Below are positions 10,407 to 21,197 of a stretch of 64,000 bases of DNA, in pieces. The stretch covers positions 7,701-71,700 of the forward strand of contig CAYSUO010000003.1 of assembly GCA_964434325.1 (NCBI GenBank), given 5' to 3'. Every line of letters starts with the position of its first letter. Position 1 is the first letter of the stretch. The notes below the pieces were generated by a model that was not told the DNA's origin, did no database searches, and worked only from the letters and a program-made list of their open reading frames with translations. This stretch comes from an uncultured Ruminococcus sp. Its GTDB lineage: Bacteria; Bacillota; Clostridia; Oscillospirales; CAG-272. Made by a program: the position numbers and the translations under genes.

Positions 10407-13400
10407 TTAGCCCATGTAGTCTATCATCGGCGTGTCATAGAGGTTGGGCAAGCCTTCGCGAACGGTGAGGTCGAAGAAGGCGCTGCCCGTGGCGGTCTCG
10501 GTGCTATCCAGGAAGTACGTAACTCCGTCCTGCTTATTCCTAATTACGACGAAATCGGGCGCGCAAATCGGATTCTTGTTTTCGACGGTCGTTCCGTCGC
10601 TTAGCGTGATCTCATCGGCGCCGATGAACGAGTAGCCGTCATTTTTACCGATAGCTTCATATTTTGACTTGTTGGGCTCGGAGCTCGATACGCCGAGGGA
10701 GAAGAGCCTTACCTTGGTGACGGTGTTTTCTTTTCTCGTTCCGTTCTTGAATACGGTGGCGAAGGAGAGGTTATCGACGACGAGGTTGGGGAGGTGCGTT
10801 TCGTAGCCGAAATCGTGGTTGCCCCAGGGCACCGTGGCGACGTTGACGGTGGTCATCGTTGAGGTGGTGTTGTCCATGTGCGCCTCGAAGGTGCAGTCCT
10901 TTATCGTTATGGTGCCGTCCCAGGTGCTACCGTAGTCGTCGCGAAGGTCGATGATAGAGCCCGTGGCGGTGTTACGAGCCAGGAGCGTGGAATTTTCGAT
11001 GAGCATGTCGCCGCCGCCGATGAGGGTGAGCCTTGCGACGGTGCTGTTGATGATCTTGCCGTTGACGACGCCGCAGTGTGCGTCGTAGCGCGTGAGGGTA
11101 CAGCCGTCGTAGACGATGTTCTTGCAGTAGTTGGAGCCCATGACGCCCCAGCAATAGTAGTTGTTCGGAAGGGACGTTTTTTCTGTTACGGTTTCGTTTT
11201 TCGGGCTGGCAGTCTCGTAGAAGTTCGGCTGGGTGCAATTTTTAAAGGTGACGTTGTTGGCGTTGCCGAGGATGATGTCGTAGGTGCCTTGGAGGTACCA
11301 GGTGCGCCCGTAGAACTCGCAATTCTCAATCGTGACGTTGGTGGTGTTGCCGACGTTGACGAAGCCGCCGTAGGAGTGACCGATGAAGGGGAGCAGGTCG
11401 TTTTGGATTGTGTCGCCAATCTTTACGTAATAGTTTCCATTGGAGTCCATGCCGTAGGTGTATACGGTGTCACCGCTCGTTGTTCTGGGTTGATCCTTAG
11501 ACATAACACCTGGATCGGGATCAGTGTTCAAAACCTCCAAAACGTTGCCGTTTTCGTCGACTCTGACGATGGCGTACTTGGGGATCTCGCCCGTAACGAG
11601 GCGGTCGATATTACGCAGGGTGACGTTGGGACGGGTGACATAGATGGCGCGGTTTATCGAAATGTAGTCGCCGAGGGGGTTATTCGCGAGGTTGACGCGG
11701 CTCGCCTTCGTTTCAAAAGTTCCGCCTTCTATCGTGATGGGGGTTACGTCGGCGCGGTAGGCGACGATGGACGTTACCTTTTCAAAATCGAAGAGGAAGG
11801 GCGTTGACGGATCTATATTGCCCTCGGCGTCCACGAGGACGAGCTCGCTTTGCGCGGCGCCGCTGTTGGCGTTTCCGCCGAAGCGGATATACTGCGTGTG
11901 CTCCTCATTCTTAATGATGAGCATGGCGGGATAGCCGAGCCCCGTTTCTATCTTCTTCGTTTCGCCCTTGGTGAGTCCGCCCGCCTGATTGATGCTTTCA
12001 AGCACGGACGAACCGAGAGTGACTAAGGGATAATCGCTTTCAACCTTGAAAACGTGGTTGACGTAGTCTTGCGGGCCAGAGGCGGTCTTGGTTATCTTCG
12101 TGTCGTCGATGATGAACGTCGCGCCCGTCCAGACAGTGTTGGTCTTTATTGAGGCGGAACGAAGGGTGTTGTTTTCGTCGATACAGGTGCCGATGTAGTA
12201 GGTGGCGCCCGCGTCGGCATAGACGGTCAAACTCTTGGCGTTCGCCACGTCGTGCGTTGCCTTGATGGCGAAGAAGTCGTTGGTCACTCCGTCGCCCGTG
12301 GCGCCGAAGTCGGAATAGTAGACCTTGCTTGCGAAATATTCCTGTTTGAAGTCTTTCTCGAAGTTATATCCGCTCGTGCGCGACACGAAGCCTTCAATGA
12401 AGCTACGCATTCCGCTCGTGAAGAAGGACTTGTAGGAGCACTGCATGGTGAGGATTTCACCGTCACAGGTGACGTAGAAGTCCTTGGGGGAGTTTGACGG
12501 CAGGGTGCTTATAACGATGCTCTTCCCCGCGGCGCTTTCGACGATATCGAGCCCGACGCCGAACTTGACTTCTACGGCGCTCGACAGGAGCTCGGCGGCC
12601 GCCTTTTCCTCCGCCGTCTCGGCGACTATCACGTAGTCGGTTATCGGCGTGTCGCCGATGGTGACGTTGACGCCTGGGCGCGCGTTGGCGAAGTTTTTCG
12701 CCGCCTCGGAATAGCGCCAAATGTTTTTAACGAGCGCCACCTCTGTGGCGGAATATCCTTCGGTATTCACAACGGCGTACACGTAGTTGGCAAGCTTGTA
12801 GGTGATGGTGTCGTTGCCCACCGTCACCGTCATGGGTTTCTGCATCTCGGCGGCGCGGAGGGGGATATCGAAGTAGGTTTTGCCAGCCGCGAGGTTGTAG
12901 ACGCTATCCGTTTTCACTTCGTTGTACTCGTACCAGCTCACGGTGGCGGCTTTGCAGGCCTCCTCCGTGGCATTATCGCTCAAATAGTATCGGAAGCTGA
13001 ACACGTCGTCCATATTGCCGCTCGCCGATTTTATGACGGACAGAACGCCCGCGGGTACAGACTCCATAGCTTCGCCCGTATACATATCCTCGTCGATGGC
13101 TTCGGTGATAGAATACTTTTTAAATATCGCGTCGAAAACCGCGGTATCGGTATCGCCGCAATAGTCGTAGACCGCGTTGACGTAGAGGAGCGTATTCTTG
13201 ACGAGCTCCTTGGCGCTATCGTTGTAGCCGCCTTCGAGGATGGCGACCGCGTAGTAGGGGATAGAGAGTGTGCAGGTCTGCGTGAAGTATTTGTCTTCAT
13301 AGCCCTTTATTCTGAATTTGAAGGAGTAGGTGCTCGCGCCCACTGCGGGTGCGATACCGAACGAATACTTGTAGTGCTCCGCGCCCCAGATGGTGACGAG

Positions 13401-15080
13401 CTCGGGCTCGGAAACCGTGATGTTGACATTGTCCGCCCCGTCCCGTGTGACGGAAACGGAGCCTATGCTGTCCTTGACGGAGGCGGGGATATAGACGTTG
13501 TAGCGGAAATTATCGTAGAGGGAGAGGTTGAGCTTGATATCGAAGGCGGCGACCTGCGACAGGGTGTAGGTCTTATCGCCGTTTGCGGCGGTGACGTTGC
13601 CGAAGGTGAATTTATAGATGTCGTTGCCTTCGGGGACGCTCATCGGCGGCACGGGGACGACGCCGTTGCACCAGCGCTCGGTAACGGTTTCGTCGTCGGT
13701 CTTCCATGTTATATTGGACGATGCGCTCTCCGTCGTTACCACCTTTTTAAATCGGTAGGCGGACTCGACGGCGGGGGTCTCGAAGGAGGACGGGTCCATG
13801 GTGGCGCTCGACTTATCCTCGCTCAGGGTGAACGAGAAAACGTTCTTTGAGAAGGTGACCGCTTTTGTTTCCAGGATGCGCGCCCAGATGTAGCCCTCGG
13901 CGCACTCCTCGTCGGCCGCCGTGCGGCAGCCTTCAAGCAGGTTTATATTGCTCCGCCCCGTTGCGCCGAGCCCCGCGAGAAGATAGCAGTCTTTAAAATC
14001 GAAGAAGCAGCGCCCGTCATAGAACTGACTATCGTTCGGAGAAATTATCTTGTTTTGCGCGTAGAGGACGGAGTTTTCAACGCGCACCTTGAACTGCTTT
14101 TCGGAAGCCGTGTTCACCGTATTGGAAAAGCCGAAGAGGATATTGGCAGACCAGAGCTTCGCATTTTTGATGATGGCGGTGGTGCGCGATAAAGCGTTGT
14201 CTCCGCCAGCGTCACGCATTAGAATGAGGGCGATGTGATTGGAGCATGTACGGTAATATGAGCCGCCGCTGATATTGAGGTTGGCGCACTCGTCGCCGTC
14301 GTTCGTATCCGTGGCGTAGACCTCGGCTAAAATGGAGGCGTAGACGGAGAGATTATCACCGTCACAGAAGCCGTCGGTGCCCTCGGTGCCGTGGTCTCCC
14401 AAATAGAGACGCGAGTTCGCGCTCGTGAGCGTGAAGGTGGCAAAGGACATCGCGGCGTCCAATCCCGCATTCCCCTTACTGTCCAAATGCTGGTACTGCG
14501 CGTTGAAGATGCGTCCGCCAGCGCGCGAGGAAAAGACGTGGAGCTCCGCGCCGCTCTGCACCGAGAAGCCCGTCAAGCCGCTCGTCTGCGTCGTAGAATA
14601 GGTGATGACGAAATCGAAGCCGTTGAGGTCGAAATTGACGGTTTTGCCGCTAACAGCGAGCGAGTTGCTATTCTCTCCCGAGTACGCGTCGGCGATATCG
14701 GCGAGCAGCTTTATCGTGGAGCCGCTTGGGGCGGACGTGAAATCCGTGCGGAAGCGCGCGGTGCTATCGCGGAGCGTTACCGTGCCGTCGGATTTCGTTA
14801 TGCTGTAATAGTAGGCGGTGGGCTCCAAGACGAGGGTTGCCGCGTCGCCATTGGCGGAATACGAGCTCACCTTGTAGCTTTTGCCGTCGAAGGGGACGAG
14901 CTCGCCCGCGGAATAGCTCGGGAGCTCTTCGACGGATTCGGTTTTAATCTTTGTTCCGTCCTCCCACTGCCACGTCAGCGTGGGCTTCTCTTCCCCCGCC
15001 GCCAAGGCGACGACCGCGGTGAGCGCGAAGAGCGCCGCGAGAGCGAGAGCGACGAGTATCAGCTTTTTTGTCCTTTTCAT
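10407..15080 (-). CDS. large secreted multidomain protein with C-terminal right-handed beta-helix (pectate-lyase-like fold), paralogue 1
   Basis: signal peptide MKRTKKLILVALALAALFALTAVVALA; YYSDFGATGDGVTNDFFAIKATHD beta-helix cap motif; repeated I/VxxxNCxF turns; colinear similarity to 16077..20898. Confidence 0.8.
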   Translation of the reverse strand: MKRTKKLILVALALAALFALTAVVALAAGEEKPTLTWQWEDGTKIKTESVEELPSYSAGELVPFDGKSYKVSSYSANGDAATLVLEPTAYYYSITKSDGTVTLRDSTARFRTDFTSAPSGSTIKLLADIADAYSGENSNSLAVSGKTVNFDLNGFDFVITYSTTQTSGLTGFSVQSGAELHVFSSRAGGRIFNAQYQHLDSKGNAGLDAAMSFATFTLTSANSRLYLGDHGTEGTDGFCDGDNLSVYASILAEVYATDTNDGDECANLNISGGSYYRTCSNHIALILMRDAGGDNALSRTTAIIKNAKLWSANILFGFSNTVNTASEKQFKVRVENSVLYAQNKIISPNDSQFYDGRCFFDFKDCYLLAGLGATGRSNINLLEGCRTAADEECAEGYIWARILETKAVTFSKNVFSFTLSEDKSSATMDPSSFETPAVESAYRFKKVVTTESASSNITWKTDDETVTERWCNGVVPVPPMSVPEGNDIYKFTFGNVTAANGDKTYTLSQVAAFDIKLNLSLYDNFRYNVYIPASVKDSIGSVSVTRDGADNVNITVSEPELVTIWGAEHYKYSFGIAPAVGASTYSFKFRIKGYEDKYFTQTCTLSIPYYAVAILEGGYNDSAKELVKNTLLYVNAVYDYCGDTDTAVFDAIFKKYSITEAIDEDMYTGEAMESVPAGVLSVIKSASGNMDDVFSFRYYLSDNATEEACKAATVSWYEYNEVKTDSVYNLAAGKTYFDIPLRAAEMQKPMTVTVGNDTITYKLANYVYAVVNTEGYSATEVALVKNIWRYSEAAKNFANARPGVNVTIGDTPITDYVIVAETAEEKAAAELLSSAVEVKFGVGLDIVESAAGKSIVISTLPSNSPKDFYVTCDGEILTMQCSYKSFFTSGMRSFIEGFVSRTSGYNFEKDFKQEYFASKVYYSDFGATGDGVTNDFFAIKATHDVANAKSLTVYADAGATYYIGTCIDENNTLRSASIKTNTVWTGATFIIDDTKITKTASGPQDYVNHVFKVESDYPLVTLGSSVLESINQAGGLTKGETKKIETGLGYPAMLIIKNEEHTQYIRFGGNANSGAAQSELVLVDAEGNIDPSTPFLFDFEKVTSIVAYRADVTPITIEGGTFETKASRVNLANNPLGDYISINRAIYVTRPNVTLRNIDRLVTGEIPKYAIVRVDENGNVLEVLNTDPDPGVMSKDQPRTTSGDTVYTYGMDSNGNYYVKIGDTIQNDLLPFIGHSYGGFVNVGNTTNVTIENCEFYGRTWYLQGTYDIILGNANNVTFKNCTQPNFYETASPKNETVTEKTSLPNNYYCWGVMGSNYCKNIVYDGCTLTRYDAHCGVVNGKIINSTVARLTLIGGGDMLIENSTLLARNTATGSIIDLRDDYGSTWDGTITIKDCTFEAHMDNTTSTMTTVNVATVPWGNHDFGYETHLPNLVVDNLSFATVFKNGTRKENTVTKVRLFSLGVSSSEPNKSKYEAIGKNDGYSFIGADEITLSDGTTVENKNPICAPDFVVIRNKQDGVTYFLDSTETATGSAFFDLTVREGLPNLYDTPMIDYMG

Positions 15081-15198
15081 AGTGTTTCCTTCTGTCCTTC
15101 CTTTGCCGAAAAGCGGCGAGATTTAATGCCGAGGTGCTCCTAAAAAATCACGATTGCGAGCGCGGCTCGCGAAACCGAAAACTATAATTTTACAATTT

Positions 15199-15227
15199 AT
15201 TTTAACACACAATCACTGATTTGTCAA
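15199..15227 (-). promoter_or_regulatory. sigmaA promoter of paralogue 1
   Basis: TTGACA-17 bp-TAAAAT with extended -10 TG. Confidence 0.7.
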
Positions 15228-15336
15228 GGTAAGAATTGCTTTTATGCTACATTTTTCCTATCGGCACCGAATTTCTTTTTGCTACAAGATTTTAAAGGCG
15301 ACAAATGAGGTTTTTAGCCCGAGCCACGAAAAAATT

Positions 15337-15403
15337 ACGGTAGAAGCGAGATTTTCTTTGCTTCTACCGTTTTCGTTCGGCTTTGCCTAAAAGCGACAGC
15401 CTC
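15337..15403 (+). repeat. repeat family A partial copy (hairpin + right TIR)
   Basis: ACGGTAGAAGC...GCTTCTACCGT...GCCTAAAAGCGACAGCCTC. Confidence 0.75.
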
Positions 15404-15411
15404 TTCGTTTT

Positions 15412-15526
15412 ACAAAAAGAGCAAAGATACCGTAAAGAAACGGAAGCTTCGCTCTAATTTTGGCGCTTTTAAATTTTCAAACTTAAAATTCTCTAAATTC
15501 TTACAATTTATGCTATGCTCTTTCGT
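15412..15526. repeat. repeat family C degenerate copy (inverted relative to 60100..60234)
   Basis: shares AAAAAGAGC..GAT.CCGTAAA.A.CGG.AGCTTCGCTCTAA...AAATTCTCT...ATTTATGCT with the reverse complement of 60100..60234. Confidence 0.6.
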
Positions 15527-15581
15527 CTCCGTTTCCGCCTCTGCATAGCTCTTTACGGGCTTGAAAAATTGAAATGGAAAG

Positions 15582-15710
15582 GCCTCCCTTGTGTAAAGGG
15601 AGGTGGCATTTTCGCAAGAAAATGACGGAGGGATTGTAAAAACCAAAACCCCTTACAAAACAATCCCTCAGTCAGCTTCGCTGACAGCTCCCTTTACACA
15701 AGGGAGCCTT
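15582..15710 (+). repeat. ~129-bp palindromic element, family B copy 1
   Basis: CTCCCTTGTGTAAAGGGAG...GAGGGATTGT / ACAATCCCTC...CTCCCTTTACACAAGGGAG nested inverted repeats; near-identical inverted copy at 21047..21171. Confidence 0.85.
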
Positions 15711-15847
15711 TCAACAAAAACATTTTGCGCTAACTATGCTAACTATTTATTTGTACTTTGTTTTTCGGCAGAGCCTTTTTTAACCTCGCGACTTTCGCGT
15801 GGGTTTCATTTTACAATGGAAAAGCGAGGCGGTGCACACACCGCCTC

Positions 15848-16070
15848 GCCAAGGTTATGCGAGTTGTCGCCGTTTGTTTTCTGCCTAAATGCGACATCCT
15901 CCAAGCTTATGCGAGTCGCCGCCGTTTTCGCGAGCTCGCTCGCGAAAAATTTAACGGTAGAAGCGAAGAAAGATCTCTGCTTCTACCGTTTTTCGTTTGT
16001 TTCTGCCTAAATGCGACAGCCTCCAAGGTTATGCGAGTTGTCGCCGTTTTCGCGAGCTCGCTCGCGAAAA
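15848..16070. repeat. tandem duplication of terminator region containing a family A copy (15953..16023)
   Basis: CCAAGSTTATGCGAGTYGYCGCCGTT occurs 3 times and TTTTCGCGAGCTCGCTCGCGAAAA twice, either side of the family A hairpin. Confidence 0.75.
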
Positions 16071-16076
16071 CGTGAG

Positions 16077-19000
16077 TTACGGAACGTAGTCCACGAAGGG
16101 GGTGTCGAACGGGTTTTTTGGATATCCCTCGCTCGTCGACGAGAAGAAGGATTCGGAGACGGAGCCTGTGTACAGATTGTAAGTCACGCCGTTCAGCTTA
16201 TTCTTGATGACGTAGTACTCGGGCGGGGTATAGGGGTTATAGTTCTTGTTTTCGCCCGCCGCGTAGGACTCGTTAAAGTTGTTATTATTCATTGCTTCGC
16301 TTACCGACGTAATCGTCACTTTCGCGGCGCTATAATCCACGCCGTCGACGTAAATGTTCTTATCGTCCGCATTTTGATTCAGAGAATAGAGGTTAACGGT
16401 GGTCACCGTGGAGCTGCAATCGATATCCTTCAAGGCGAGGTAAGTGGAGTAGGCGGGAGAGGCTTCCGAGAAGGCGAAGCCCGAGCGCGCCGACATATCG
16501 CCCGAGAATTTGAGATTATCGACGACGAGGTTGGGCATGTGGGTGACGTAGCCGAAGTAGTGGTTTGCCCAGGTGGAGACGGTGACGTTGGCGGTGGACA
16601 ACGCTTGGGCGTTCGATTCCGTTGCCTTTGAATAGTCGGTGATGTAGGAGACGTCCTTCATGGTTATCGTGCCGTCCCAGGTGCTACCGTAGTCTTCGCG
16701 CATATTGAGGACGACGCCGCTGTTGCCGTAGCCTGTGCCCGAGCGGGCGATGAGAAGCGAGTTCTCGATGGTCATATCGCCGCCGCCTGTGAGAGAGACG
16801 TGCTGAACGATGCTGTCGATTATCTTGCCGTTGACGAGGGCAGAGTGCGCGTCGTAGCGCGAGAGGGTGCACCCGTCGTAGACGAGGTTTTTGCAATAGT
16901 TGGAGCCCATGATGCCCCAATTGACGCTCATGCTGTACGGTCTGCCGTCCGCGTCGAGGAAGTTGGACTGGGTGCAATTCTTAAATGTGACGGCATTCGA
17001 TATAGTTGCGGTTATATCGTAGGTGCCCTGAACGTAGTATGTCCTACCGACGAACTCACAGCCGACGATGTTAATATTATTGGCATATACGACGTTGACG
17101 AAGCCGCTGTATGAGTGGCTTATGAAAGTGTAAACAGTCGTTACATCTGTTTCAAAGGTATATGTATTATCTTTATCCTCGCTGTAAGACACGCCCAAGC
17201 TATTCGTTTTCACAACGGGGTTGCTCTTGCCGTCCGAATCCGTGTAAATTCTTACTTTATCCGCTTGTGTTTCATAATAATATTCTTTGTTAATAAAACC
17301 TGAGGTTTTAAGGGAAGACGTACTGTAATAGTAACTCGTAATATCATTCGCATTTGTCGCAACGATTTTGGCATTTACCGTTTTTGCCCCCTTCGCCTGC
17401 TCGCCCGTTACGGTGTGCTTAACGTTGGATATCGTGGTGTTTGCGCGATTGATGCCGATGCCGCGGTTTATCGAGACGTAATTATCAGCCGCCTTTGCTA
17501 AATTAACTTGGCTCGCACGCGTTTCCACATCGCCGCCCTCTATTGTGATGGGGGTGACGTCCGCACGGTAAACGGAGATGGAGCTGACTTTCTCAAAATC
17601 GAAGAGGAGCGGCGTTGACGGATCGATATTGCCGTTCTCATCGACGAGGACGAGCTCGTACTGTATTGCGCCGTCATTCTTATTGACGCCGAAACGAATG
17701 AACTGCTTGTGGTCTTTATTATAAATTACGAGCATAGCGGGATAGCCGAGCCCGAGGTCCAGCTTCTTATCCGTGCGGGAGATACCGCCCGCCGCATTGA
17801 TCTTTTCGATAACATCGCTGGGGATCCAAGCCGTCGAATAATCGCTTGCGACTGTGAAGACGTCGTTATTATAGTCCTGCTTTGCGGGAGCGCCCTCGGA
17901 CTGATCCTTGGTGATATTCGTATCGTCGATGATGATCTTCGCGCCCGTCCACACCGTGTTCGTTTTTATTTGAATGGAGTCTGGCTTGGTGGCGCCTTCG
18001 GCGATACAAGTACCTATGTAGTAAGTGGCACCCTTATCGGCACAAACGGTGTAGCCTTTGATGTTGGCATTATCGTGCGCCGACTTCATCGCGAAGAAGT
18101 CGTTGGTCGCCCCGTCGCCCTTGGCGCCGAAGTCGGAATAGTAGACTTTATTTGCAAAATACTCCTGCTTGAATCCGTTCTTGAAGCTGTACGATGACTC
18201 GACGGGAGCGATGTAGTCATTCACAAAGCTCTTCATCGCGCTCTCGAAGAGGGAGTCGTAGGCGCACTCGATGCGGAGCTCGCCGCCCGCACAGGAAACG
18301 CGGAAATCTTGCAGGGAGTCGGGGGAGAGCTTGGCAATCGTTATCGTTTTGCCCGTGGCGCTCTCGGCACTCGCGACGATGGTGGGCTTCTCGCCAAGCT
18401 TCGTTTCAATGGCGCTCGCCAATATTTCGGCGGCGGCTTGTTCCTTCGCCGTGGTGGCAACTATCGTATAGTCCGTCAGGGGAGTTCCCTCGATATCTAT
18501 CGCGGGCTTCTGATTCACGAAGTTTTTCGCCGCCTCGGAATACCACCAGATATTTTTAGCGAGCTCCGTATCCTTGGCATTATTGCTAATGCCCTTAACG
18601 TACTTCGCGAGGTTATAGGTAACGCTCTTTTCGCTCACCGTCAGCGTGATATCCTTCTGCATATCGGCGGCGCGGAGGGCGATATCGAAGTAACGCCTGC
18701 CCTCGGAGTCCGTCGCGCCCGTCAAGAGGCCTTTGATATTTTTTTTTACCAGCATGCGGTTTTCGTAGTAGCTCACCGTGGCGCTCGCCGTCGTCAGCGC
18801 TTCGTCCGAAACGCCGCTTTTCAGGGTGAATCTAAACTTAAACGTATCGCCCATATAAGCCGACGCGCCAGCAATAACGTCGGTGACCGCCTCGGGTGCA
18901 CTACCCATATCGGCGCCCGAAACGGCGGCGACGGCGGTGGGGTCTATATTATATCTATCAAAGAGCTTTGCGAGAGCGCCCGTGGAATCAGTTTCATCGC

Positions 19001-20898
19001 AATAGGTGTAGACCGCGTTTATATAGAGGAGAGTCTTTTCAACGAGGATTTTCGCCGAGTCGTTATAGTTTCCTTCCTTGATGGCGAAGGCGTAGGCGGG
19101 GATGGAGAGAAGGAGCTCCTGAGTAAATTCTTTGCCGCCGTAGCCCGAAATGGTCATATCGAAGCGGTAGGTATCCGCGCCGAGCTTGGGGTAGATACCG
19201 AAGGTGTACTTATAGTAGGGGGCGCCGTAGATGAGGACGAGCTCGGGCTCGGAAACCGCGATGTTGACATTGTCCGCCCCGTCCCGTGTGACGGAAACGG
19301 AGCCTATGCTGTCCTTGACGGAGGCGGGGATATAGACGTTGTAGAGGAAATTATCGTAGAGGGAGAGGTTGAGCTTGATATCGAAGGCGGCGACCTGCGT
19401 GAGGGTGTAGGTCTTATCGCCGTTTGCGGCGGTGACGTTGCCGAAGCTGAATTTATAGATGTCCGTCTCATCGGGGACGCTTATCGGCGAGGTGGGAACG
19501 ACGCCGTTGTACCAGCGCTCCGTGACGGTTTCGTCGTCGGTCTTCCAGGTTATCTGCGAGGTGTTCTCCTCTTTCGCGACGACGCGGTCAAAGCGATAGA
19601 GCGACTCGACGGCGGGCGTTTCAAAGGACGAGGGATCGATGGTTGCCGACGATTTATCTTCGTTCAGAGTGAAGGAGAAGGTGTTTTTCGCAAAGCTTAC
19701 GGAGTAGGTTTCCAATATCTTCGCCTCGACGCAACCTGACGCTAATACTTCGGAGCCGACGGAGCGACACCCGTCATTGAGCGTGACGCCGCTTTTGCCC
19801 ACGGAGCCGAGATCGGAAAGAATATAGCTGTCGTAGAGGTCTATTTTGCATTTGCCGCCGATATAAGCGTTTACCATCTTACTCTCCGCATAGAGAACGG
19901 AATCGGAGACGGTGACGTTGAAGCTCTTCGTGGCGTCCGAGCCAGTATTATGATAGAAGGCGAACACGGAGGTGGCGGACCAAAGCTTTGCGCCCTCAAT
20001 GTTCATAGTCGCCGTCGGAGAATTTTGATTGTGGGTTTGATTGTCGGCACGCAGGAGAAACATGGTGTGGTTGGTGTTTACGGTGTAATATGCACCACCC
20101 GCGATATTGAAGTTGGCAACGTCGTCGTTCGGGTTTGTGTCCGTTGCGTAGACCTCGGCGATAACGGTGCCGTAGACGGCGAGATTATCTCCGTCACAAT
20201 ATTCGGCACTTCCCTTTTCACCAAAATCGCCCACGAAGACGCGCGTATCGACGCCGTTAGTCGTGAAGACGGCGAAGGCAACCGTTCTATCCGTAACGGT
20301 TCCATCATTTTGCTTATGCTGATACTGAGCATTGAATATACGAGCGCCAGGGCGCGAGGAATAGACATAGAACTGTGCGCCGTTGGTGGCTGAAAAGCAA
20401 GACAAGCCGTTCGTTTGCGTGGTCGTATACGTTTTAACGTAATCGAAGCCGTTGAGGTCGAAATATATAGTTTTGCCGTTTACACCCGCCTCGTAAGTTT
20501 TGTCCACCGTCACGTCGGAAAGGAGCTTAACGGTAGAGCCGCTTTCGGCACCCTGAAAATTCGTATAAAAAGCGTCAACGGTGTAACTGTCGTAAAGCTT
20601 TTCCGTGCCGTCGGCTTTCGTGATGCTATAATAGTAGGCGGTGGGGTTTAGGGTGACGGTGGCGGTATTGCCGTTTGTCACAAAGCTTGCCACCTTATAG
20701 CTCTTGCCACCGAAGGGGACGAGCTCGCTCGCCGAATAGCTCGGAAGGCTTTCTACGGCTTCCGAGGTGGTCTCCCCGTTTAATACCCATTGGACGGTGT
20801 ACCCTTCATCACCGCTTGCCGCGACAAGGAAGGCACCGAGGGCGAAGAGGATGACGAGGAACGCTGAGAAAATGACGATTTTCTTTGTCTCTTTCATA
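16077..20898 (-). CDS. large secreted multidomain protein with C-terminal beta-helix, paralogue 2
   Basis: signal peptide MKETKKIVIFSAFLVILFALGAFLVAAS after AGGAG RBS; YYSDFGAKGDGATNDFFAM, WGIMGSNYCKN, SRYDAH; same architecture as 10407..15080. Confidence 0.8.
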
Positions 20899-20951
20899 AC
20901 TTCTCCTATATAAATTTTCATATTTAGATAAATCACCAAATTGCCACTATG

Positions 20952-20980
20952 ATTATAGCACTAAACATAACGCTTGTCAA
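20952..20980 (-). promoter_or_regulatory. consensus sigmaA promoter of paralogue 2
   Basis: TTGACA-17 bp-TATAAT with TG extension. Confidence 0.8.
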
Positions 20981-21046
20981 GAGAAGATTTTATTTTGACG
21001 CGGATTTGGCGCGGATTTCGTGATAACGTTGTCGTTTTTTTGTGGC

Positions 21047-21171
21047 AAGGCTCCCTTGCGTAAAGGGAGCTATCAGTGAAGCTGACTAAGGGATTGTGCA
21101 AGGGTTTTGGTTTTTACAATCCCTCCGTCATTTTCTTGCGAAAATGCCACCTCCCTTTACACAAGGGAGGC
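21047..21171 (-). repeat. family B palindromic element copy 2 (inverted)
   Basis: reverse complement is nearly identical to 15582..15710. Confidence 0.85.
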
Positions 21172-21197
21172 TGGCGTAAAAGTAAAGTAAGGCGGAC

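Noticed and set aside
15410-16075. ORFs 15410..15646, 15603..16010 and 15758..16075
   Set aside because: They are translations through palindromic repeat elements with no RBS or protein features
13395-19463. Possible diversity-generating retroelement TR/VR pair
   Set aside because: The five mismatches are not adenine-specific, both copies are mid-gene, and no reverse transcriptase is present
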